From a virus, in IMG/VR virus record IMGVR_UViG_3300045988_030456, positions 1-50,496 of that record: a stretch of 50,496 nt of DNA; one strand, 5' to 3'. Both the position numbers and the translations under genes were made by a program. This document shows, one piece after another, positions 42,550-50,496 of the stretch. Each line of letters opens with the position of its first letter. Position 1 is the first letter of the stretch. Under the pieces are notes generated by a model. The model searched no databases. It had not been told where the DNA came from and saw nothing but the letters and a program-made list of their open reading frames with translations.

Positions 42550-43179
42550 TTATTTACCTCTTTTCCTTTCTGTTAGTTCTTCTCCGAACGACTTAATCTT
42601 TACAATGTTTCCTGTACATTCTTCCGGCACCTGTCCGTAAAATAGTACCGTCTCGGGTTCCAATCTTTTCAACATCTCATTATATCCGTCCACGAACAGT
42701 GCTTTCCGCTCCTTGCTGTTCATAATTCCAACACTGGATACTGCTACAGCACCGCCTACTGGCTCCCCATCAAAGCACCACTCAAACGATTCTCTGTCAC
42801 TCCAACTAATTGTAGGTATCACGTCAATACCGTACATCTGCATATATGCACCTATCCAGTGTTTACGGAAGTGGTTGTAAATCTGTAATGCTTTTGGAAA
42901 ATCAGTATAAGTGCTAAAATCTGGTGACATGATAAATCAGAACTGTGAAAGCATGTTTATGTAAGTGTCTGGGCTGTTCCATAATCTTTGAAATTGGTAA
43001 TCGTCAAGAAAGAAATGCACGCCTTTCCCGGCTCTTTTCTTGCATGTCTTAGCTTGGTTGAATCCGATAAACTCGCACGGTTCATATTTTGTAAGTTGTA
43101 TCTCTGGTATTCCGAACTCATTTACAATGTCGAATATCATTCGTTGCTGATTCTCATAATTCATATTTTCTTTATACAT
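42550..43179 (-). CDS. DUF4417-domain protein interrupted by an in-frame TGA at 42937-42939
   Basis: Track ORFs 42937..43197 and 42550..42930 are in the same frame, separated only by TGA TTT ATC. The domain pattern GVHFFLDDYQFQRLWNSPDTYINMLSQF-*-FIMSPDFSTYTDFPKALQIYNHFRKHW...IDVIPTISW is continuous across the stop. Confidence 0.65.
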
Positions 43180-43197
43180 AAAAATAGCACCTCCCAC

Positions 43198-43529
43198 GAT
43201 AATTACATCTTACCGTCAGAAGTGCTATTTCATTGTCCCCGTTATTTGGTTTTATTGCTATTTTGATATTTATATTTTACCATAAAACATGTGATTTTTC
43301 AACTTTTACAGAATTGGACTGTATATAAGTTTTTTATATCATTTACTAGTCAGGAAAAAAATAAAAGATTTCAATTATTTTCAAAATCTTTTTCTCTTAA
43401 TCTATATATTTATATTTTCAACTCTAGTCTTTGCTTTTCTTAATCATATAATAGAATCTTGGTCTTTTCTTCCTTTTCTCCACTTCCTACCGCTGTTGGG
43501 ATGATGGTTGGAACACGAGAAAGTACCTA
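43198..43529. other. AT-rich non-coding region next to the integrase gene: candidate attP
   Basis: 332 nt without ORFs, immediately downstream of the serine recombinase gene. The core was not identified. Confidence 0.4.
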
Positions 43530-44885
43530 TTAATATATGCTAAAATGTATGTCTATGTCATCACCTGTGATAACTACCTTTTCAACACACTCTTTTAGCA
43601 CCTTGTTTTTCTCGGAATCCGTCAGTGTATCCCACACGTTGGACATCTCTTTTATTTTCTCTATCTTTTCTCCCCGTCCGGCTTTCTCCCGGATGTCTTC
43701 TGCATTTAGTTCTTCCCGTAGGTTTTTTAGTGTTTTTTCTTCTGCCTGGATAACATCCAAAAGCGTATCTGTACCGGAGTTACCGCTTGCATACAATGTG
43801 TATAAGCGTTTCAGTTTTGCTTCGCTTAGTGATATCTCTTTTTCTATCATCTTCCGAGTGCTTTCAGATTCATTCTCTTTTTCTTCGACATTAACGATGA
43901 ATCGTTTAAAACAGTCCTCTACTTCTTTTTCTACCACATCTGCCCGCACTTTTTTATTCTTGCAAGGGTTACCTGTCTTAGATATATGCTCTTTCCCCTT
44001 GTACTGTGAGTAGCATACTATCTTGGTGTACTTTCCCCACTTCTGCATCCGCATTTTAGTACCGCATTTTCCACAGTAGCACAAACCGGTAAGCATATAC
44101 TTGTTGCTTACATAAGCATTTGTGGATCTCTTTTTTATCTCTTCCTGTACTTCGTAGAATAGTTTTTCGTCTATGATCGGTTCGTGTAAACCTTGGTATA
44201 CTCTTCCTTTATACTGTATCTTACCTACATAGGCTATTCTCCTAATAATGTTCGATACAAGCTTCTCCGAATGCATCCCGAGAATTTTTTGAATCCTGTC
44301 ACACGAATATCCGTCCCGGAACATCTGAAAGATAGCTTTTACCTTTTCCGCTTCTTCCGGGATGATATGTAATATCCCATCGTTCCTGTCGTACCTATAT
44401 CCGTAAGGTATCGTACCGCCACCCATCCACAGTCCACGCTTTACACGTTCCAACATTCCGGCTCTTGTACGCATATAGATAACCTCACGCTCATACTGCC
44501 CCATGACAGCATTAACTCCCAACATCACACGATCCATCGGTGTCTCATTCCGCAAATCCTCTGTAGCTGATACCACCTCTACATTGTATTTCGGTAAAAG
44601 CTTACTCACAAGCGTAAGAGTATCTACAACATCACGGCTCATTCTATCAAGCTTATAGATGTATACTGCCTGTATTTCTCCGGATTCTGCATCCTCCAGA
44701 AGTTTCTGTATGTTTGGCCTTTGGATATTGCTCCCGGAATATCCCCCATCCACATACCATCTGGCTATCTTCACGCCCCTTTTCTTGGCAAGTTCCTTTA
44801 TCTTGTCTTCTTGGACATCAAGACCATACTTTTCGGTCTGTGCTTCTGTAGACACTCTCATATAACCTACATTTAATTTTTTCAT
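43530..44885 (-). CDS. int: Large serine recombinase (integrase)
   Basis: MKKLNVGYMRVSTEAQ (catalytic Ser motif), ...IYKLDRMSRD..., then a recombinase domain and a Cys-rich zinc-ribbon region (CYCGKCG...C). The start was trimmed to the ATG with an AAAGGAG RBS. Confidence 0.9.
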   Translation of the reverse strand: MKKLNVGYMRVSTEAQTEKYGLDVQEDKIKELAKKRGVKIARWYVDGGYSGSNIQRPNIQKLLEDAESGEIQAVYIYKLDRMSRDVVDTLTLVSKLLPKYNVEVVSATEDLRNETPMDRVMLGVNAVMGQYEREVIYMRTRAGMLERVKRGLWMGGGTIPYGYRYDRNDGILHIIPEEAEKVKAIFQMFRDGYSCDRIQKILGMHSEKLVSNIIRRIAYVGKIQYKGRVYQGLHEPIIDEKLFYEVQEEIKKRSTNAYVSNKYMLTGLCYCGKCGTKMRMQKWGKYTKIVCYSQYKGKEHISKTGNPCKNKKVRADVVEKEVEDCFKRFIVNVEEKENESESTRKMIEKEISLSEAKLKRLYTLYASGNSGTDTLLDVIQAEEKTLKNLREELNAEDIREKAGRGEKIEKIKEMSNVWDTLTDSEKNKVLKECVEKVVITGDDIDIHFSIY

Positions 44886-44951
44886 GTCAATTCTCCTTTC
44901 AATTTTAAAAAAAGAATTGACCAAGATTCTATCAAGGTCAATTCTAAAATA

Positions 44952-45074
44952 TCACTTATTTTTTGTCAACTTTTCTGAAAGAATCCTTTTTACCGCCTTG
45001 TTATGGATTTCATAATTCGAAAGTTCTTCTTTTGTCACCTGTTTGCCGTTCACATAGATTCTTACCATCCGCAT
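44952..45074 (-). CDS. 40-aa ORF upstream of the integrase (possible directionality factor, speculative)
   Basis: My translation is MRMVRIYVNGKQVTKEELSNYEIHNKAVKRILSEKLTKNK. Confidence 0.25.
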   Translation of the reverse strand: MRMVRIYVNGKQVTKEELSNYEIHNKAVKRILSEKLTKNK

Positions 45075-45457
45075 CACTCCTTTTCGGTAGTATTCCCATG
45101 TTTATGCCTTTTTATTCCGAATAACCTTTCAGCCATCTTCCCATCGTCATGTTCTCCCCAAAGTATCCACCTGTACATTTCATCTAAGACTTTCCTCCGA
45201 TACCCCTGGAAGTCTTTTCGTGCAATCGGTATCCAGTAACGCTTACTTATATAGTCGTATCCGATTCCCGTGATAAGCGAGAAGAACAATATCCCCGATA
45301 AGTCATTATTCGCATTTTGACACCATTTCAGTAATTCAAGCTGATCGTTTCCACGCATCCTCTGGCACTCATTCAACATCTTTTTTTCATCTTCTTCGCT
45401 TATGTAGTAGATGTCCTTATGTGCCCCTCTCAGATATTTATCTCTTACTCCGGCCAT
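45074..45457 (-). CDS. Hypothetical protein (127 aa)
   Basis: ORF track. Confidence 0.5.
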   Translation of the reverse strand: MAGVRDKYLRGAHKDIYYISEEDEKKMLNECQRMRGNDQLELLKWCQNANNDLSGILFFSLITGIGYDYISKRYWIPIARKDFQGYRRKVLDEMYRWILWGEHDDGKMAERLFGIKRHKHGNTTEKE

Positions 45458-45596
45458 TAATCAATCCCTTCCTTTTCGCATATCCTAATACATCACTTTT
45501 GACCAAATAGTAGTTTTTCTTTCTTTTTACTGTCTTCTCCTTTGTTTTTTCTTCCAACGCATTCATCATTAAGTGTATCCTCTAAAGTCTTTTTCT

Positions 45597-46049
45597 CTAT
45601 TCATAACTGTCTACTACCTCCAACTTCTTCAAGTTCTCGATAAGCCACGGTGAATCATCTGACCATTTGATCATTGGAAAATCAACATTGAAGTGTCGAT
45701 TCAAACTTAAACAACAATCACCAATCCAATTCCAATACTTTTCCCCTTTTCTTGGCTGTGTTTCATATACAAACAACTTGCCATTTTTATCTCTTGCAAT
45801 GTATTTACGCTTTTCTCTGAAATACTCCAAAAACGCTCTATCTCTCTTACTAATCACTGGCTTTTCAATGTACTCCTGCTCTACCCACTCTCTTATTTCC
45901 TTTACGCAATTAGGAGGTGCAAATAAGCATTCACTGCAAGCAATACTACCGCACTTTGCTATACGTTCACTTCCTTTAGTTACTGCAATACTATCTCCAC
46001 TACAAGCAACCTCCATAATCTCTTTTTCAAACTTTTCTTTATTCTTCAT
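45597..46049 (-). CDS. Hypothetical Cys-containing protein (150 aa)
   Basis: ORF 45597..46058 trimmed to the ATG with an AAGGTGG RBS. Confidence 0.5.
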   Translation of the reverse strand: MKNKEKFEKEIMEVACSGDSIAVTKGSERIAKCGSIACSECLFAPPNCVKEIREWVEQEYIEKPVISKRDRAFLEYFREKRKYIARDKNGKLFVYETQPRKGEKYWNWIGDCCLSLNRHFNVDFPMIKWSDDSPWLIENLKKLEVVDSYE

Positions 46050-46203
46050 CTCTCCCACCTTCTTTCAACTTGCGTTTAATCTCTTCTTTTTCTTCCTTGT
46101 CAAGTGTTCCGCAATAAATCCAATATGCCGAATCAAAACTTACAAATATGTCATTTCCTTCGAATCTAATATATTTAGGTTTCTTCCCAAAATGAACTTT
46201 CAT
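46039..46203 (-). CDS. Small protein (54 aa from the internal ATG)
   Basis: MKVHFGKKPKYIRFEGNDIFVSF.... This is a trimmed version of ORF 46039..46290. Confidence 0.4.
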   Translation of the reverse strand: MKVHFGKKPKYIRFEGNDIFVSFDSAYWIYCGTLDKEEKEEIKRKLKEGGRDEE

Positions 46204-46207
46204 CTTC

Positions 46208-46495
46208 TCACCCCTTATACGGTTCCGGCAACGGCATCCATGCAACAATTGTTTTTGCCGTGTGTTCATAGATTCCTTGAAAGATTCCATTTCTCCAATA
46301 TCTCATCTCTGTTACTGTTCCGCTGTAAAAGCATACAATTACATCCGTGTTGTCCTCCGGCAACTTCTCACTACATGGAATCCATCGACTTTCTTTCAAT
46401 GCATGTATTCCCATATCAATTGCTTCTACTGTCGGTTCTGACCAACCATATTCGAGATGTTTTACCAATCTATCTATTGCCTGTTGATTATTCAT
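46208..46495 (-). CDS. DUF551-like protein
   Basis: WIPCSEKLPEDNTDVIVCFYSG...AWMPLPEPYKG is a DUF551 pattern. Confidence 0.55.
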   Translation of the reverse strand: MNNQQAIDRLVKHLEYGWSEPTVEAIDMGIHALKESRWIPCSEKLPEDNTDVIVCFYSGTVTEMRYWRNGIFQGIYEHTAKTIVAWMPLPEPYKG

Positions 46496-46497
46496 GC

Positions 46498-46785
46498 TTA
46501 CACCTCCTCTTCTTTTGGAAACTGAAATACCTTAGGCAATACCCAGTAATTAGGTTGTACATAGCATTTGTTCACAATGTCATACCCACCATCCAGCTCC
46601 ATTCTTGAAAGATACTTCTCTCTGCACATTTCCATAGCCTTAACAGCTTTCTCTTCGGTGGAATATTTTGCAATTAATGTATCCCTAAGTTTTATTGAGC
46701 TTAAATATATCTCAGTACCTACCCTTATCAAAGTTGTATGTTCATAAGGAACATCAATCGTTTCATCTTGGCTAATTATTCTCAT
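46498..46785 (-). CDS. Hypothetical protein (95 aa)
   Basis: ORF track. Confidence 0.5.
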   Translation of the reverse strand: MRIISQDETIDVPYEHTTLIRVGTEIYLSSIKLRDTLIAKYSTEEKAVKAMEMCREKYLSRMELDGGYDIVNKCYVQPNYWVLPKVFQFPKEEEV

Positions 46786-46949
46786 TTTTTCTTACCTCTC
46801 TTTCGAAAATCTTTCTTGCAATATCCGGTTGAGCAGTACCCACCTCGTCCAAAACCAAATCTTTCTTTTTCTGCTTGTTTCCAATATTTACAGCTCATAC
46901 ATTTTGCATCTGGCTGTGTGACATTTGCTCCTATTCCGATTCTACTCAT
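46782..46949 (-). CDS. Small Cys-rich basic protein (55 aa)
   Basis: My translation is MSRIGIGANVTQPDAKCMSCKYWKQAEKERFGFGRGGYCSTGYCKKDFRKRGKKK. Confidence 0.35.
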   Translation of the reverse strand: MSRIGIGANVTQPDAKCMSCKYWKQAEKERFGFGRGGYCSTGYCKKDFRKRGKKK

Positions 46950-47100
46950 CTTCGTCCTCCTTTACATAATCCGGGCATTCTTTCATGTATTCATATTGGT
47001 CTAAATCATCACACAGAATAGTGCATTCTTCGTACTTCTCACATTCCAGGCAACATTTATGGATTCTTAGGTTTACAATGCATTTTAATTTACATCCCAT
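46942..47100 (-). CDS. Small Cys-rich acidic protein (52 aa)
   Basis: My translation is MGCKLKCIVNLRIHKCCLECEKYEECTILCDDLDQYEYMKECPDYVKEDEDE. Confidence 0.35.
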   Translation of the reverse strand: MGCKLKCIVNLRIHKCCLECEKYEECTILCDDLDQYEYMKECPDYVKEDEDE

Positions 47101-47138
47101 TTATTCTTCCTCGCAATTCATTACAATCGTAATTACTT

Positions 47139-47873
47139 TTACAAGCACTTTCTGAATCTGATCGTAAATGTGGTGGTCATCACTGCCAAAGTGTGAACAC
47201 AGTCTTGCATCATCTTTTCCTCTGTCATAGCACTCTTCCATAAACTCAAAGTAGGAATATTCTCCGAATTTATGTACTCCCACACATCAGAATCTTTCCA
47301 GTCAATAATGGGGTTTACAACCATTTTCTTTTTCTGCATACAGTGTTCGTTCATTCTCCGGCGTGCATCATTGTCATTCATCAGCATTACCGATGTGAAT
47401 TTTTCTTTTGTGGCTTTCGTAGCTCCTAATTTTTCAAACTCTTCACGGTTTTTTCTCTGTACGCTTTCATCCCATCTCACACCAGTAGCGATAAATCTAT
47501 TCGCACAACCTGTTTCCTTCAGAACCGCACAACAATATCGTGCTATTCGTGTCGGTGGAATTAGCTTCTGTGGAATCAATTTCCACATACTGGTTCTTTC
47601 TCCCTTATATGTCGGCATCTCAATCGCGCATTTAATGCCATCCATTTCCAGTTTTTTAAACACATCTCTAATGTGCCTTACTGTCTGTGGGGCATCTGCT
47701 GTCGTGTGGCTGTTGTGAACTTCAAACGGTATACCCCCTCTTCTGAATAATTCAAGCATCACATCCGAGTCTTTACCACCGGAATAAGTACATACAAGTG
47801 GCTTACCGTAATGGTATAAGCTCATTTCTGATGCAACCTGAATCCTTTTTATTGCTTTTTGTTCTAAATCCAT
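47139..47873 (-). CDS. PAPS-reductase-family (ATP pyrophosphatase fold) protein
   Basis: PLVCTYSGGKDSDVML (SGGKDS P-loop) and ...NPIIDWKDSDVWEYI. It is next to the DNA methyltransferase. Confidence 0.7.
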   Translation of the reverse strand: MDLEQKAIKRIQVASEMSLYHYGKPLVCTYSGGKDSDVMLELFRRGGIPFEVHNSHTTADAPQTVRHIRDVFKKLEMDGIKCAIEMPTYKGERTSMWKLIPQKLIPPTRIARYCCAVLKETGCANRFIATGVRWDESVQRKNREEFEKLGATKATKEKFTSVMLMNDNDARRRMNEHCMQKKKMVVNPIIDWKDSDVWEYINSENIPTLSLWKSAMTEEKMMQDCVHTLAVMTTTFTIRFRKCL

Positions 47874-48027
47874 TTCTTCACCTACGCAAATCTTAATTGT
47901 TCCTGTGTATCATCTATAATCAAGTTCGGTACTCTCTTGCCGACCTTGAGATACGGGCAATTCGCTTCTCGAAAGGAGCCGATATATCTTTGCCCGGCCG
48001 GAGCTCCGTACTCCTTTCTGTAAATTA

Positions 48028-49032
48028 TTAATCCAAGTTAATTTTTCCACTCATAAGTTCTTGTAAAAGCGCATCTCTTAATTCCATCAGATATCTATTT
48101 TCCTCAAGATTGAGATAATAGATATGCTGTTTCCACATGTTCAAAATCATTATCAATACACTGGATAACTGTTCCTTTCTGTTGTTTTCGAATTTAATTT
48201 CATTTTTCTTTTTTGATGCTGTGAAATAATCTTGCCGTTCCAACTTTTCAGTACCTAGCTTTTTTAGCAAATCATTTAATCCAGAATCTTTCTGATCTTG
48301 TTTGTACAGTTCAATATCGAATCCCATTCCTTTTGCTATAGATTCATTTAGTGTTAATTTACATGCGTTCTTTTCTCGTGTAATTCTATTTATATCATTT
48401 ACGATGTCCGCATAGCTTCTATGGATATATTCAATCTCTCCAATGTCCAAATAACGGCTTGCAAGAAGCGTATATTTGTTTTCTTTCAATTCTTCAATGG
48501 TTACCGGTTTGCAAAATTCAGGTATATTTTTCCTTTCTTGAATTGCTTCAATGGATTCTTCCATCGTTTCTTCGGTAATCACCTTAAATGTCTTCTTATA
48601 CGTCCTGTTGGTGTGTGCTTTACCGCCATACTGTCCATTCTGTTCACGAACCTCTTCGCTATACTTTCTTCGCAAGTCCACCATTTCTGTTGTTGCAGTG
48701 CTTTTGTTTTTATCCAAAATAATAATGCACGTTCCAATTCCAGTAGATTCAAACATATTATCCGGGCAAATAATCACCGCATCCACCATGTTTTTCTCAA
48801 TTAGATATTTTCTAATATCCATCTCTTCTTTCGTTCCACCACTCATTACAGATGCCGGAAGTAAGAAAACGCATCTATCATTATTTTCTAATCCAGTTAG
48901 AATAAATGCGAAATTTGCATTGCTTTCCGGTGGTACCACATAACAGTCAGAAAAACGTGGCTGAATCTGTGCAAACGCCGGAGCTTTCCATTTCATGTTG
49001 TATGGCGGGTTAGAAATTAACCCTCTTTTCAT
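48028..49032 (-). CDS. N6-adenine DNA methyltransferase, C-terminal part (catalytic NPPY motif plus target-recognition region)
   Basis: MKRGLISNPPYNMKW.... GGGAGGTGG RBS. Its ATG overlaps the stop of the upstream ORF (ATGA). Confidence 0.8.
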   Translation of the reverse strand: MKRGLISNPPYNMKWKAPAFAQIQPRFSDCYVVPPESNANFAFILTGLENNDRCVFLLPASVMSGGTKEEMDIRKYLIEKNMVDAVIICPDNMFESTGIGTCIIILDKNKSTATTEMVDLRRKYSEEVREQNGQYGGKAHTNRTYKKTFKVITEETMEESIEAIQERKNIPEFCKPVTIEELKENKYTLLASRYLDIGEIEYIHRSYADIVNDINRITREKNACKLTLNESIAKGMGFDIELYKQDQKDSGLNDLLKKLGTEKLERQDYFTASKKKNEIKFENNRKEQLSSVLIMILNMWKQHIYYLNLEENRYLMELRDALLQELMSGKINLD

Positions 49033-49541
49033 TTTGCCACCTCCCTAAATTTTCCGTATTTCTCACCTCTACTGATTTTATATGTATGAAAATTTTCTTT
49101 CTGTAACACATCCGCATGATGCACGGTGCATTCAATATTTCTTACTGCCATATTGAATAATAAAAATGGGATTACATTTTCATCAAATTCATACAATTCA
49201 AATTTTTGTTTGTTATTCATGCACCATTTTTGAATTGTCAATGCTCCACTTCCGGCACATAAATCTGTTATTACATCTGCATCTCCAATTAATTTCCCTA
49301 TGAATAATGCAAGACTTTTCGGAGTGTAATCCTGCATTTTTTCTTTTCGATCTGCTAAGTAATACTGGTAGATCATTTGCAACCAGTCTACACTCAAATC
49401 CGTTACCAGATTGCAGAATTCTTCATATTTTTTCTCGTCATTATTTTGTACTGTATCCAATATTCTTTCTGGAAGTGTTTCTATATTTTCTGCACCGAAT
49501 AAAAATTTTGCTTTTTCAGAAAGTTCTTTTAGTTCCATCAT
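49029..49541 (-). CDS. N6-adenine DNA methyltransferase, N-terminal part (AdoMet-binding motif I)
   Basis: VITDLCAGSGALTIQ (motif I) and ELYEFDENVIPFLLFNMAVRNI. It lacks motif IV, which is on the next ORF. Confidence 0.8.
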   Translation of the reverse strand: MMELKELSEKAKFLFGAENIETLPERILDTVQNNDEKKYEEFCNLVTDLSVDWLQMIYQYYLADRKEKMQDYTPKSLALFIGKLIGDADVITDLCAGSGALTIQKWCMNNKQKFELYEFDENVIPFLLFNMAVRNIECTVHHADVLQKENFHTYKISRGEKYGKFREVAK

Positions 49542-49683
49542 TTCACCTCATTTTCTCCTATATTGTGTTTACAAGAACTGTTAGTGCATTTTATCTTTCT
49601 CTTTCCCATATCATCACTTCACCTCGTTCGCCACCTGTAAGCACTGAATCATGTAATCTATCTTTTCTCCTGCGTTCATGGCT

Positions 49684-50250
49684 CTACTCCTTTACTACGC
49701 ATCTACGTTCGCTGATTGCATAATATTTGCCATCGTGTTCAGAACAGTATTTTTTAAGTACTTCTTCTTTCATATCCGAAGTGATAATTGTTCCATTGGT
49801 TTTTTCTTCGTATACTACATTTCTTTTTTCATCCATGATTACTGCATACCAGATGTTTTCCGTCTCAATCGGCTTTTTCTCATGGTCTGCTTTCCACTTC
49901 TTGAGGCTTTCAATAACCTCTTCTGGATGATTGATTGCAAATTCTTCACAGCCACACTCTCCACTTTTTTCATAGGCTGGACAAACATCGCAATTGCTGT
50001 CTTTGCACATTTTTGCATACAGCCTAACAGCTTCTTCCGCACTCATTTCTTCTACTGGTTCAAGCATTTCATCTGTCCAATAGGCGACTTCCATTTCTTC
50101 TATTGCATAACTAGTAATTCCTACACCCGAAATTGTTACCGTCTTTCCTGCAAATTTTTCCATGCTTTTTGTAAGCATATTACTTCCATATATTTCATAC
50201 GCTTTCAAGTCGCTTCTTACTTTTACCTTATCTCCAGCCTTATATTTCAC
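49684..50250 (-). CDS. Hypothetical protein (188 aa; GTG start)
   Basis: ORF track. AGGAGGG RBS. Confidence 0.5.
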   Translation of the reverse strand: MKYKAGDKVKVRSDLKAYEIYGSNMLTKSMEKFAGKTVTISGVGITSYAIEEMEVAYWTDEMLEPVEEMSAEEAVRLYAKMCKDSNCDVCPAYEKSGECGCEEFAINHPEEVIESLKKWKADHEKKPIETENIWYAVIMDEKRNVVYEEKTNGTIITSDMKEEVLKKYCSEHDGKYYAISERRCVVKE

Positions 50251-50366
50251 TTTCTATCCCTCCTAAGCCAAAACTTTCGTTTCTTCTTTTCCTGTTTCTC
50301 TTTCTGTTTTTTAGACCACTCCGCAAGATATTGTTCCTGTTCCTGATCTTCCTGTTCCTGTCGTGT
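50247..50366 (-). CDS. Possible 39-aa charged peptide (GTG start) between the RT and the next gene
   Basis: This is the distal part of track ORF 50247..50459. AAGAGGTGA RBS. VTRQEQEDQEQEQYLAEWSKKQKEKQEKKKRKFWLRRDRK. Confidence 0.25.
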   Translation of the reverse strand, partial: TRQEQEDQEQEQYLAEWSKKQKEKQEKKKRKFWLRRDRK

Positions 50367-50368
50367 CA

Positions 50369-50496
50369 CTATGTCACCTCTTTCATCAATTCCTCTATAT
50401 ACAGATCCATACTGTGAACCAACTTGATACAATTTCCATGCAATGCATGGTTCTTCCATGAATTATATTTCTCATAGAATTTTTCCTCCGTGAGTT
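50369..50496 (-). CDS. DGR reverse transcriptase, 3' end (continuation of 1..956 through the 55-nt overlap; TAG stop at 50369-50371)
   Basis: In-frame continuation ...KFYEKYNSWKNHALHGNCIKLVHSMDLYIEELMKEVT*. The total RT is 1029 nt (342 aa) after removing the duplicated 55 nt. Confidence 0.85.
   Translation of the reverse strand, partial: LTEEKFYEKYNSWKNHALHGNCIKLVHSMDLYIEELMKEVT
50442..50496. repeat. Terminal overlap copy (identical to nt 1-55)
   Basis: See the first feature. Confidence 0.9.

Noticed and set aside
47101-47283. Alternative-frame 60-aa ORF overlapping the 3' end of the PAPS-reductase-like gene (possible frameshift)
   Set aside because: Neither frame shows the expected C-terminal PAPS-reductase Cys motif convincingly, so I cannot support a frameshift call from sequence alone.
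50247-50459. 70-aa track ORF (MEEPCIAWKLYQ...)
   Set aside because: Its first roughly 30 codons are an out-of-frame overlap of the RT 3' end. Only the distal 39 codons (GTG with an RBS) might be real, and that part is listed with low confidence.
1-50496. Genome-wide reassignment of TGA (code 4 or 25-like recoding)
   Set aside because: TGA is used as the terminal stop in several well-defined coupled junctions (ATGA at 34316 and 49029, and 41463). Long ORFs are otherwise intact in the standard code. Only two internal TGAs were found, so at most this is leaky or local read-through.

Overview
The window looks like a complete, circularly closed temperate siphovirus-type phage genome of about 50,441 bp. 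Nt 1-55 are identical to nt 50442-50496, and joining the ends restores an ORF. GC content is low to moderate, consistent with a Firmicutes/Clostridia-like host. Almost all genes are on the minus strand.

Minus-strand order, read downward from the switch at about 9.7 kb:
- cro-like regulator and small early genes
- a purine-rich non-coding hairpin array
- an orphan 223-aa gene and an iteron/AT-rich origin
- a recombination/replication module: Sak/Rad52-like, NinB-like, RusA, replisome organizer
- a complete diversity-generating retroelement (DGR): two tandem 199-aa target genes with VR1 and VR2, avd, TR, and a reverse transcriptase that spans the window junction
- a split N6-adenine methyltransferase, a PAPS-reductase-like gene and small Cys-rich ORFs
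- large serine integrase and a putative attP region
- DUF4417 and small genes, then terS, terL, portal and Mu-F-like head protein
- a 7.6-kb accessory island, followed by the scaffold gene
- major capsid, connectors, major tail, chaperones, tape measure, tail tip and fibre genes, and a GH25 endolysin

Plus-strand lysogeny genes at 8.7-13 kb are two XRE regulators, a CI/LexA-like repressor, and SHOCT, TM2 and DUF4352 morons.

The accessory island holds:
- a Tad2-like tandem DUF2829/RyR gene
- a group I intron with a GIY-YIG homing endonuclease inside a Cys-rich membrane-protein gene
- a roughly 400-nt structured RNA
- a tRNA-like gene

Things worth a second look:
- the DGR and its unusual targets
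- two conserved-domain genes each interrupted by a single in-frame TGA, next to a non-canonical tRNA-like gene
- the group I intron
- a covarying hairpin motif upstream of four major structural genes
- the hairpin array with conserved loops
- a translationally coupled split methyltransferase
- a C9 homopolymer that splits a gene

All product names come from motifs I recognise by eye. No database search was run. Coordinates of non-ORF features may be off by 1-2 nt.
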